Assembly: GCA_963676565.1 (NCBI GenBank) | Contig: OY781089.1 | Span: 3,264,001 to 3,328,000, forward strand | Direction of reading: 5' to 3' | DNA length: 64,000 nucleotides | DNA from: Halarcobacter sp. | GTDB lineage: Bacteria; Campylobacterota; Campylobacteria; Campylobacterales; Arcobacteraceae | Shown: positions 1 to 8,440 of the stretch, piece by piece | How positions within the stretch are numbered: the stretch's first letter is position 1 | Layout of the letters: every line of letters starts with the position of its first letter | Position numbers and translations under genes: made by a program | Notes under the pieces: generated by a model | Databases searched by the model: none | What the model saw: only the letters and a program-made list of their open reading frames with translations | Told to the model about the DNA's origin: nothing

Positions 1-856
1 CTTCCGATTTGTTTTCAATTTCACTAATTAGATTATCAAACTCATCGGTTAAGCTTTCAAGTTTCTCTGAAGCTAGTTTTGATTGTTCTAAAGCATTTTG
101 TGAATAATTTACTGCACTAGAAACTTTAGAGATAAATTGATTATAGTTATTTGCCATTTCAACAAACTCTGTTTCACCTTCAACCTTTATTGGTGCCATT
201 TCATCAATGTTTTTGCTTCCAATCTCTTTAGCTTTTTCAATAAACTCATTTGCATGGGATTGTATTTGTCTTAACTGTATTAAAGAATATAGTGAAAAGA
301 TAAATAAAAAACCAAAGGCTGTATATTGAAAGTTTTTAATAAAATTTGTTTTCTCTTCAATATAATTAGTATAAAGGGTTACTATCTCATCTACTTCAAA
401 AAGTAGTTCATTATTTGCTTCATTAAAATAAAGTAATAATGAGTTGATTTTTTGTGTATCATTTTTTAAAATTGCTTCTTTAAACTCTAAAGAATTCTTA
501 TAAAAGACATTCCATAAAACTTGAACTTTTTCTATTTGAGATTTGATATCATGAACTGGAGCTTCAGTAATATCAAGACTTTTATTTCCATCTTTTAATG
601 TTGCTAATCCAAAGATAAATTGAGAAATAGCTTTATCCATCTCTGTAAAATTTTTTGATTTTGTTTGATTTATAAAATATATATTTTTAGTAATTCTTTG
701 AGTAAGCATTCTTTGCTTACCTGCAATATTTACAATCAAGGCATCTTTTGTATTTTTGTAATTTAAATGTATTGTAATTGAAATAACTGCAAATATTGTA
801 ATCATCAATAATGCACCTATAACTTTTATTTTATTACTTACACTTTGAGTTTTCAT
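1..856 (-). CDS. NarX/PilJ-type periplasmic nitrate/nitrite sensor membrane protein (TM-sensor-TM-HAMP-coiled coil); 3' end runs off window
   Basis: Not in ORF track; hand-translated MKTQSVSNKIKVIGALLMITIFAVISITIHL...IVNIAGKQRMLTQRI (P-box-like)...TAFGFLFIFSLYSLIQL...EGETEFVEMANNYNQFISKV; ATG overlaps the upstream TGA (ATGA 853-856). Confidence 0.8.
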   Translation of the reverse strand, partial: MKTQSVSNKIKVIGALLMITIFAVISITIHLNYKNTKDALIVNIAGKQRMLTQRITKNIYFINQTKSKNFTEMDKAISQFIFGLATLKDGNKSLDITEAPVHDIKSQIEKVQVLWNVFYKNSLEFKEAILKNDTQKINSLLLYFNEANNELLFEVDEIVTLYTNYIEEKTNFIKNFQYTAFGFLFIFSLYSLIQLRQIQSHANEFIEKAKEIGSKNIDEMAPIKVEGETEFVEMANNYNQFISKVSSAVNYSQNALEQSKLASEKLESLTDEFDNLISEIENKSE

Positions 857-1518
857 ATTCCAACTCCCATGTATATTCCTTTTAATTCATCATAATTATT
901 TATTATTATCTTTCCTCTTTCTATTTCAATGGTTCCATTTCTAGAAAGTCTTTTTAAAACCCTTGATAGAGTTTCTGGTTGGATATGTAATAGAAGTGAT
1001 ACTTCTGTTCTTTTTAAATCATTAAACATATCTAAATCATTTATCAACATAAATGCAACCTTTGATGTTGCATCAAAAACCAATTCTCGGTTTATAATAC
1101 ATTGAAGTTGCTGATTTTTATATATTAATTCTTCAACAAATTTCATCACAAGTTCATTTTGATACAAAAAACTCTCTTTAAATTTTTTATAATCAATTGA
1201 TAAAAGTGAACTCTCTTTTATAAATTCAGCATTTGAAAAACATCTAACTTGATTTTCTTCTAAACTAGAAAGTTCTGATATCATCGTATTGGCATATACA
1301 TAATATAAAAAAATCTCATTGTCATATTTATCAATTTTATAAACTTTTATTTGTCCCTCAAGCAAAAATAACAATTTATCCGTAGTATCAGCTTCGTAGT
1401 ATAAAATTGAATCTTTTTCATATCTTGAAATATGACTAATCTCTTTTAATACCTTTAATTCCTCTTCACTTATTTGTGAAAAAAGATTGATACTTTTTAT
1501 AGCTTCTTCTAATTTCAT
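853..1518 (-). CDS. Crp/Fnr family (Nss/Dnr-like) transcriptional regulator
   Basis: cNMP-binding-type domain plus HTH with PETLSR recognition helix; no FNR Cys cluster. Confidence 0.9.
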   Translation of the reverse strand: MKLEEAIKSINLFSQISEEELKVLKEISHISRYEKDSILYYEADTTDKLLFLLEGQIKVYKIDKYDNEIFLYYVYANTMISELSSLEENQVRCFSNAEFIKESSLLSIDYKKFKESFLYQNELVMKFVEELIYKNQQLQCIINRELVFDATSKVAFMLINDLDMFNDLKRTEVSLLLHIQPETLSRVLKRLSRNGTIEIERGKIIINNYDELKGIYMGVGI

Positions 1519-1545
1519 TTTTCTCCCTGTATCCCCAACTTATAT

Positions 1546-1587
1546 ATTGTATTAAAAAAAACTTTTAATGTCATTGACATATATCAA
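1546..1587 (-). promoter_or_regulatory. Nss/Fnr-type box (1574-1587) with -10 TACAAT (1546-1551)
   Basis: TTGAC-ATAT-ATCAA; 22 bp to -10 on minus strand. Confidence 0.75.
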
Positions 1588-1630
1588 CTTCAGAATAACA
1601 TTTTAAGGAATCTGTTTATATACTTCTTAC

Positions 1631-2272
1631 ATGAAAACAATAAATAGATTACAAAAGCATGAAATTTTTAATGGATTAGAGCAAAGTGAACTAGAAAAAA
1701 TTGCTCAAATAACAATAACAAAGAATTTTGAAAAAGACCAAATAATATTCTATGAAACAGAAGAGCCTATATACTTTTATTTTCTAAATAATGGTATAGC
1801 TAAAGTTTATAAGGTTGATTCTAAAGGGAATGAGATAGTCTTACATAATTTTGCAGCTCCAACTATGATAGCAGAAATGGCATCAATTGAAAACTTTAAA
1901 TTCCCTGCAACTTGTGTTGCTATGGATAATTGTGAGTTTCTTCTAGTAAAAAAAGAGGAGTTTGTAAATCTTTTAAAAACTAATCCTGATATCTCTTTTC
2001 ATGTGATAAAATCCCTAACAAGAAAAATTAGAGGAATGGAAGGTCTTTTAAATAGAAGTTTAATTTTTGATGCCACAACAAAAGTTGCCCACTATATTGA
2101 TGAACGTACCAATGATTTTATTACAAAAAAAAATAAAGAAGTGGCAAATGAACTTAATATGACTCCAGAAACTCTTTCAAGAGTTCTTAAAAAACTTAAA
2201 GATTTAAATATCTTAGATAAAGATAGAAACCTAATAAATAAAGATAAATTACAAACTTTCTTAGACTTTTAA
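1631..2272 (+). CDS. Crp/Fnr family NssR-like regulator
   Basis: cNMP-binding-type domain, FPATC motif, TPETLSRVLK helix. Confidence 0.9.
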   Translation: MKTINRLQKHEIFNGLEQSELEKIAQITITKNFEKDQIIFYETEEPIYFYFLNNGIAKVYKVDSKGNEIVLHNFAAPTMIAEMASIENFKFPATCVAMDNCEFLLVKKEEFVNLLKTNPDISFHVIKSLTRKIRGMEGLLNRSLIFDATTKVAHYIDERTNDFITKKNKEVANELNMTPETLSRVLKKLKDLNILDKDRNLINKDKLQTFLDF

Positions 2273-2276
2273 TTCA

Positions 2277-2318
2277 TTGATTTATATCAATGAAATTATT
2301 TATATTTTCATATATTAT
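2277..2318 (+). promoter_or_regulatory. Nss/Fnr-type box (2277-2290) with -10 TATTAT (2313-2318)
   Basis: TTGAT-TTAT-ATCAA inside a longer palindrome TTCATTGAT...ATCAATGAA. Confidence 0.85.
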
Positions 2319-2340
2319 TCTTATAAAAAAAGGATGATAT

Positions 2341-2766
2341 ATGAGTGTAAATGAATTTATGACAAATGACCACAGAGCTTGTGACGAACAATTTGCAAAT
2401 CTTGAAAATATGATTGACCAAGGAAATTTTGACAATGGAACATCTATGTTTGAAGAATTTCATGAGCATATGATTAGACACTTCGATATGGAAGAAAAAG
2501 TTATGTTCCCAATGTTTAATGATGCACAAAGTGAAGGTTGTAATCCAACTCAAGTTATGATAATGGAACATAATCAAATGAGAGCTTTATTAAATAAAAT
2601 GAAAAGTGCTCTCGAAGTAAAAGATAAAAACTCTTTTTTAGGTCTAAGTGAAAATCTAATGTTTTTAGCTCAACAACATAATATGAAAGAAGAACAAATT
2701 ATGTATAACATGGTTGATAATGCTTTAGATTCACAAGTAGTTATAGAAAAGATGAACGAGATTTAA
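2341..2766 (+). CDS. Hemerythrin-like (HHE) di-iron protein
   Basis: H / HFDMEE / EH / HNMKEE ligand pattern; SD AAGGA. Confidence 0.85.
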   Translation: MSVNEFMTNDHRACDEQFANLENMIDQGNFDNGTSMFEEFHEHMIRHFDMEEKVMFPMFNDAQSEGCNPTQVMIMEHNQMRALLNKMKSALEVKDKNSFLGLSENLMFLAQQHNMKEEQIMYNMVDNALDSQVVIEKMNEI

Positions 2767-2767
2767 A

Positions 2768-3028
2768 ATGTTAAAAGAGATTTTACTTGATTGTACAATG
2801 CTTGAATCACCAGAACCATTAAACTTGGTAGTTCAAAATCTTGGAAATATATCTGAAACAAGTTATATAAAAATGATTCATAGAATGCAACCAATGATGT
2901 TATTTAATATCTTAAATCAAAATGGTTTCAAATATATAACTTTAGAAAAAAACAATCAAGTTGAAATCTATATATTTAAAGAAGAATTTTTTAAGGAGCA
3001 AAAAAGATGTATACAGGACTTAGCTTAG
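2768..3028 (+). CDS. DUF2249-family small protein
   Basis: LDCTMLESPEPL...IHRMQPMMLFNILNQNGFKY resembles the DUF2249 consensus. Confidence 0.65.
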   Translation: MLKEILLDCTMLESPEPLNLVVQNLGNISETSYIKMIHRMQPMMLFNILNQNGFKYITLEKNNQVEIYIFKEEFFKEQKRCIQDLA

Positions 3029-4266
3029 ATCAAGCTCCACCATTTGAAGCACCTTTAAAATTTTTCTTAGCAGCTCCACTTTTTGCAGTTATTGCTGGCT
3101 TTATTCTATTTTTTTCAGATGATTTAAATATGTATACACGCCAAACAATCGCTATTGTTCATATTTTAACAATTGGATTTATTCTAATGACTATATTTGG
3201 AGCTTTACTTCAGATGCTTCCAGTAGTTGCAGGAGCCGTTATAAAAAAACCAAAAATTATAGCAAATACAACTTTTACTTTTTTAGTAATAGGAGTTATA
3301 ACATTTTCTCTAGGTTTTTATTTTTATGAAAAGATTGCTTTATTTATTTCATCAATATCATTACTAATAGCATCAATTGTTTTTTTAGGTATTTGTTTAT
3401 ATGAACTAATAAAAGTGAAACCTAAATCTTTTATTGTTCAAGGTATAATTTTTGCTATTTTTTTTGCACTAATAGCTATCTTAATTGGTGTTCATATGGG
3501 GATTTCCCATGCAAGAGAAAATATTAGTGCTTCATATTTTATTTTTACAAATATCCACTATAATTTTATTTTTGTAGGTTTTATTTTTTTACTTATTGCC
3601 TCTATTACCTTTCAAGTAGTTCCAATGTTTTGGGTAACTAATCCATTTGAAAAAACAAAACAAAAATTTATAATCTACTTTACAGTAAGCTTACTACTTG
3701 CATTTTCTGTATTTTTATTCTTAGGATTTGAAGAGTTGTTTTTTTATAAAATATCTTTATTTTCTATTTGTACATATTTTGCATATCAAACAATAAAAAC
3801 TATAATAAGTAGAAAAAGAAAATTAAAAGATTTATCTGTTTATTACTATATTACAAGTATGGTTTTTCTAATCCTTGGTTCTTTATATTTTTTAGTTTCT
3901 GAATATATAAATTTTAAAATTGAGATTTTAGGAGTGTTGTGGGGGATTGGTTTTATAATGTCACTGATGAATGGGATGTTATATAAAATAGTTCCTTTTT
4001 TAGCATGGTTTCATCTAAGCTCAAAAGGTTTTTTTGATATTCCAACAATAAGAGATATGATTCCACCAAAACATATTGAGTTTCAATTTTATTTACACCT
4101 AAGTGCAATTGTAATTTTTTTATTGTTTTTAATTTTTAATTATCTAATTTTATTAAAACTTGCTGCAATAATTTTTGCTATTTCAAATATATATTTGTTT
4201 TTTAATCTATTTAAAGCAGCAAAAGTATATTTAAATTTTGATACAAGTCAAAGTCAACTAAACTAA
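3007..4266 (+). CDS. Polytopic membrane protein of the type found with DUF2249/NnrS-like NO-response genes
   Basis: About 12 hydrophobic segments; His-containing motifs (VHILTIG, IHYN, YKIVPFLAWFH). Confidence 0.7.
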   Translation: MYTGLSLDQAPPFEAPLKFFLAAPLFAVIAGFILFFSDDLNMYTRQTIAIVHILTIGFILMTIFGALLQMLPVVAGAVIKKPKIIANTTFTFLVIGVITFSLGFYFYEKIALFISSISLLIASIVFLGICLYELIKVKPKSFIVQGIIFAIFFALIAILIGVHMGISHARENISASYFIFTNIHYNFIFVGFIFLLIASITFQVVPMFWVTNPFEKTKQKFIIYFTVSLLLAFSVFLFLGFEELFFYKISLFSICTYFAYQTIKTIISRKRKLKDLSVYYYITSMVFLILGSLYFLVSEYINFKIEILGVLWGIGFIMSLMNGMLYKIVPFLAWFHLSSKGFFDIPTIRDMIPPKHIEFQFYLHLSAIVIFLLFLIFNYLILLKLAAIIFAISNIYLFFNLFKAAKVYLNFDTSQSQLN

Positions 4267-4279
4267 TTTAGTATACAAT
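4238..4279 (+). promoter_or_regulatory. Nss/Fnr-type box (4238-4251) inside upstream CDS, with -10 TACAAT (4274-4279)
   Basis: TTGAT-ACAA-GTCAA; 22-bp gap. Confidence 0.65.
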
Positions 4280-4304
4280 TATTACATCCAAAGAAAGGAT
4301 TAAT

Positions 4305-4547
4305 ATGTATAAAATAGTTTTAGCAATAACTTTTATAATAGTTAGCTCTTTTGCAAATGATAATTTACATAAGAAAAACATTCAAAAACAAATGGAAAAA
4401 GAAAAAAAATATAAAGAAGAACAAAAATTCTATCAAGGGAAAAACTACGATTTGGATAGTTTTAAAGTTGATGAGAACTCTTTAAAGAACATCCCTGTTC
4501 AACCAAACTACAATGATGATTTTGATATGGATAATACCTATGACTAA
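4305..4547 (+). CDS. Small secreted hypothetical protein with acidic C-terminus
   Basis: Sec signal peptide (SFA|N), SD AAAGGA, followed by a terminator-like hairpin. Confidence 0.75.
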   Translation: MYKIVLAITFIIVSSFANDNLHKKNIQKQMEKEKKYKEEQKFYQGKNYDLDSFKVDENSLKNIPVQPNYNDDFDMDNTYD

Positions 4548-4576
4548 AAGTAGAAAACTAAATTTCCTACTTCTTT

Positions 4577-7237
4577 TTAATCAAAAATCTTTATACTAGG
4601 ATTGATATTTTCCCATCCCTCTTTTAATCCTTTTTCTAAGGTAAAGCTATCTTTTGGGCTTGCAACTTCATTATAATTATATGGTGTTACTACCATTAGA
4701 CCACCTTTTATCAAAGAAGTAAAAGTGTTTGTCTCAATTTCTGTTCCACTAAAAAGTGAAAATTTCATTTTAAAACCACTTATATCATGAAAAGTTGAGT
4801 TAGTTCTAACAAAGTGTTTATATTTATCATAAATCAAACAATAAATATATGTTTTTGAACCATCAAAACTAAGTTTTATTTTATTAACTTTCCCTATTTG
4901 AACATTTTTATAATAGATTGGTGCTTCTTTATTTATTTTTGTTGGTTCAACTGAGACAACAGTTAAAACCTCGCCACTTTCATTTGCATAAATATCCTCT
5001 AATGAGTCAACACCAGTAAATCTATTATCTGTTACTTTACTAGAACTTGTTACAACACCAATATTTACAGGCATGATAGTTGAACCTATATTTTGAATCT
5101 CATTTAATGAAATTTTAGGCTTCTTAAGATAAAAAATTGTTCCTTTTTTTGCAAATTTCTCATAATCTTTAGAAATCTGGATTTTTACTAAAACTTTATT
5201 TTTATTTGTTAAAGATATATTTGTAACTTTTCCAACCTCTACTCCCTTATAAAGTAGTTTAGAAAAGTGTGTTTTTAAGCCTTCAACATCGTCAAAAGTT
5301 ACATTTAAAGTATTTACAGAATTAATCATATCATCATAAGAAGCATAGATTTGATATCTTGAAAACTTTTGTTTTGAACTATTATCAAGGTTGATAGAGC
5401 CATTTAATAGTGAGCTTAGATTATCAAGTTCAAAAATAACACCCCCTAAAGAGGCATCAAATTTTATTGGAGCCTTTTTGTAAAATCTACTATTTTTATT
5501 TAGATATTTTTTATACTTGTTATAAATAAATATTTTTACTTTTGATTCTTTTTCACCAAAATCAATACTTTTTATATATCCAATCTCTTGGTTCTTGTAA
5601 TTTATTGTTTGTTTAGCTTTTAACTCAAAACTATTATCAAAATAAACATTAGCAACAAAACCTTTTGTTTTTAGTTTTTTTAATTCATCAACCTCTTTAT
5701 AGGTTTCAAAAAGTTTAAAAGTTCTTCTTTTTGATTTAAAATCTCCAATATTTACAAGGGAAATACCTCCATTTAAAAACGGTTTTACACCTGAAAAGTT
5801 GACATTAAAATCAAAGTTTTTTAACTCAATTAATCTTGAACTCATATCATAAAACATAGTTTTATCATTTACCAAAGATTTATATTTAGATTTTATAAGA
5901 ACTGATATTTTTACTTTTTTAAAATCATCACTTAAAGTATAATCTAAAACTTCTCCAATGGGAATATTTTTATAATAAATCTTGCTATCTTTTGTAATTG
6001 AATTTAAGCCATTACTATTTAGTGTAATGATTAAATCATCATCTTCTTTTGTAGTTTTTTTATTTTGAATTTCAAAAAAATACTTTGCTTTACCTTTTTT
6101 ATAATCTACTGATATATAGTTTCCACTAACAACTGTATTTAGATTTTTTATACCATCAATTCCAACTTCTACACTATTTAAGTAAAATTTTGAGTTTTCT
6201 GAAAGTAAATAGTCATAATCTTTATACACAAAAGCTTTTGCAATAACGCTGTTATTGTTTAAGTGAAACTCTTTTATTTTTCCAACTTCAATCCCTTTAT
6301 ACATGATTGAAGTTCTCTCTCCTATCCCATTTGCAGTATCAAACTTCAAGTTTAAAAAGGTTTTTTCTTCAAGTTCTTCTTTATTTTCATATAAAATATA
6401 AGACTCATCCTCTTTCATTTTATTAGCATCTTTTTCTAATGTTAAAACATTTATCCCACCAATTAAAGCAGAATAAAAAGAACTAACTTCTAGTTTCACT
6501 CCACCTGGACCAAAATTAACATCTAAAGCTTTATTCATATAAAACTTTGAACTACTATTTACAAGATGATTGTATCTATCATAAATATAAGCTTTTAAAT
6601 ATACTTGCTCATCTTTGAATACCTTTGAAACAATTTCACCAATTTGAAATTTATTATAAAAAATTGGTGTTTCAACCTCAACAAAATCAGCTCTATTTGA
6701 TAAGATTGAGACATAATAACCATTTCCATTTGTTTCTAAACTAGGTTTAGTATCAAGCCCTTCAAACTCATATTTAGCCTTAACATCTTTATACTTTTTC
6801 AAGTCATTGTATTTTGGAAGAACTTCAATTTTATTACCACTTAACAAAGTCCCTAATCCAGAAACCTTTGTTAAAGAGATAGTAGGTTTTTTAATCCAAA
6901 AACTTGAACCCTCTGTTGCAATAAAATCTGCAACATCACTATTTACAAGAATATTTACTTTGACACTATTTAAATCATTAATATGTATTTTGGTTACTTT
7001 CCCTAATTGAAGCCCTTTATATTCTAAAGGAGTAACTCCTTCTTTTAGACCTTCTGCACTTTTAAAAGTAACAGTAATATTAGTACCTTTTTTGGTATAA
7101 CTTTCATATGCAATCCACCCTAATATACTTAAAATTATCAATGGTAAAATCCAAATAAAAGAAAGAGTTTTTTTCTGTTTTTCTTTAGGTTTGTAAACTA
7201 CAGTTTCTATATTATCTTCAAATTTTTCACTACTCAT
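4577..7237 (-). CDS. pqiB: LetB/PqiB-type MCE lipid transport protein (7 MCE domains)
   Basis: N-terminal TM WILPLI; seven repeats of the Y(K/N)xxx(I/V/L)Gx(V/I) MCE motif; likely start ATG 7237. Confidence 0.85.
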   Translation of the reverse strand: MSSEKFEDNIETVVYKPKEKQKKTLSFIWILPLIILSILGWIAYESYTKKGTNITVTFKSAEGLKEGVTPLEYKGLQLGKVTKIHINDLNSVKVNILVNSDVADFIATEGSSFWIKKPTISLTKVSGLGTLLSGNKIEVLPKYNDLKKYKDVKAKYEFEGLDTKPSLETNGNGYYVSILSNRADFVEVETPIFYNKFQIGEIVSKVFKDEQVYLKAYIYDRYNHLVNSSSKFYMNKALDVNFGPGGVKLEVSSFYSALIGGINVLTLEKDANKMKEDESYILYENKEELEEKTFLNLKFDTANGIGERTSIMYKGIEVGKIKEFHLNNNSVIAKAFVYKDYDYLLSENSKFYLNSVEVGIDGIKNLNTVVSGNYISVDYKKGKAKYFFEIQNKKTTKEDDDLIITLNSNGLNSITKDSKIYYKNIPIGEVLDYTLSDDFKKVKISVLIKSKYKSLVNDKTMFYDMSSRLIELKNFDFNVNFSGVKPFLNGGISLVNIGDFKSKRRTFKLFETYKEVDELKKLKTKGFVANVYFDNSFELKAKQTINYKNQEIGYIKSIDFGEKESKVKIFIYNKYKKYLNKNSRFYKKAPIKFDASLGGVIFELDNLSSLLNGSINLDNSSKQKFSRYQIYASYDDMINSVNTLNVTFDDVEGLKTHFSKLLYKGVEVGKVTNISLTNKNKVLVKIQISKDYEKFAKKGTIFYLKKPKISLNEIQNIGSTIMPVNIGVVTSSSKVTDNRFTGVDSLEDIYANESGEVLTVVSVEPTKINKEAPIYYKNVQIGKVNKIKLSFDGSKTYIYCLIYDKYKHFVRTNSTFHDISGFKMKFSLFSGTEIETNTFTSLIKGGLMVVTPYNYNEVASPKDSFTLEKGLKEGWENINPSIKIFD

Positions 7238-7811
7238 CCCAAATAATCCTTGTGTCAAATCTACTTGCTGCAATCATTGTTAATATTACTACTAAGGCAA
7301 AAGATGTGGCAGCTATTCCACCTTTTATATTAAATATCTCATTTATTTGTACAGTTGAAACTAACAATGCAACAACATAAATATCTATCATAGACCACTT
7401 TCCAATTAATTCTATAAAATGAAACATTTTTAACTTTGTTTTATTCTTAAAAGGGGTTTCAATCCATAACGATATAAAAATAAACATCAATCCTAAAAGC
7501 TTAGTTAGTGGGATTATTACACTTGCAGTTAAAATTACAATTGCAATAAAATAATCCCCATGATTTAAAAAAGCGATTACCCCTTCAAAAATAGTACTAC
7601 TCTCATTTAAACCAAATCTTGTAACTTCCATCATAGGATAAATCATTGCTGGAATAAAAAGTAATAAAGCACTTATAACTAAAGCTAGGGATATTTGTAA
7701 TGAATCTTTAACCCTTTTTGTAACTGTGTGTTCACATCTATCACATTTAAATGGAGTATAGTCATCTCTTTTATATACTTTATGACAGTTTCTACAAGAT
7801 ATTAAAACCAT
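7230..7811 (-). CDS. pqiA: PqiA/LetA family protein (C-terminal half type)
   Basis: CxxC..CxxC zinc ribbon; GKWSMIDIYVV motif. Confidence 0.85.
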   Translation of the reverse strand: MVLISCRNCHKVYKRDDYTPFKCDRCEHTVTKRVKDSLQISLALVISALLLFIPAMIYPMMEVTRFGLNESSTIFEGVIAFLNHGDYFIAIVILTASVIIPLTKLLGLMFIFISLWIETPFKNKTKLKMFHFIELIGKWSMIDIYVVALLVSTVQINEIFNIKGGIAATSFALVVILTMIAASRFDTRIIWDE

Positions 7812-8383
7812 TATTTAAACACGCTTTTCACTTCAAATTTCTTGTTTGACATATAAAATAAAAATAGATAAAAAAGCATAATATAAAATCCAATATCAAA
7901 TCTTGTACTTGAAACCATACCAGCTAATTTTATATATGTAACTATAATACTTACTACAAAAACCTCAACAAAACCCCACGCTTTAAAAAAATGAAATCCA
8001 TTATATAAACTTTTATTGGAAAATATTTGGAACTTTTGATTTTCTTGAATAAATGCAAAGATTATAACAAGTGAATTTAATATTGGTGCTACTATAACTG
8101 TAAAAAAACCCAACATTGAGACAAAAATAAAACCTTCATCAAAAAGAGTTTGGAAGGTATTAAAAAGTGTTGTTTTTAAAATATTCCCATTAATAGAAAG
8201 ACTCATTAAGGGATAAATATTTAGAAGTATTAAAAGAAGTAAAGATGATAAGGCATAATACAAAGAATCTTTTGAGTGGGTATTAAATAGTTTTATTTTA
8301 CTAGAGCATCTAGGGCAAATTGCCCTTTTAGATTCAACTTTAATAAATAGACCACAGTTTTTACATTCTATAATTTCATTCAT
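7811..8383 (-). CDS. pqiA: PqiA/LetA family protein (N-terminal half type)
   Basis: CKNC..CPRC; WGFVEVF motif. Confidence 0.8.
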   Translation of the reverse strand: MNEIIECKNCGLFIKVESKRAICPRCSSKIKLFNTHSKDSLYYALSSLLLLILLNIYPLMSLSINGNILKTTLFNTFQTLFDEGFIFVSMLGFFTVIVAPILNSLVIIFAFIQENQKFQIFSNKSLYNGFHFFKAWGFVEVFVVSIIVTYIKLAGMVSSTRFDIGFYIMLFYLFLFYMSNKKFEVKSVFK

Positions 8384-8440
8384 AATTTATATTTTTTTAT
8401 AAATTATATCTTTTTTTTCTTCAATATTAATTTTTTAAAC

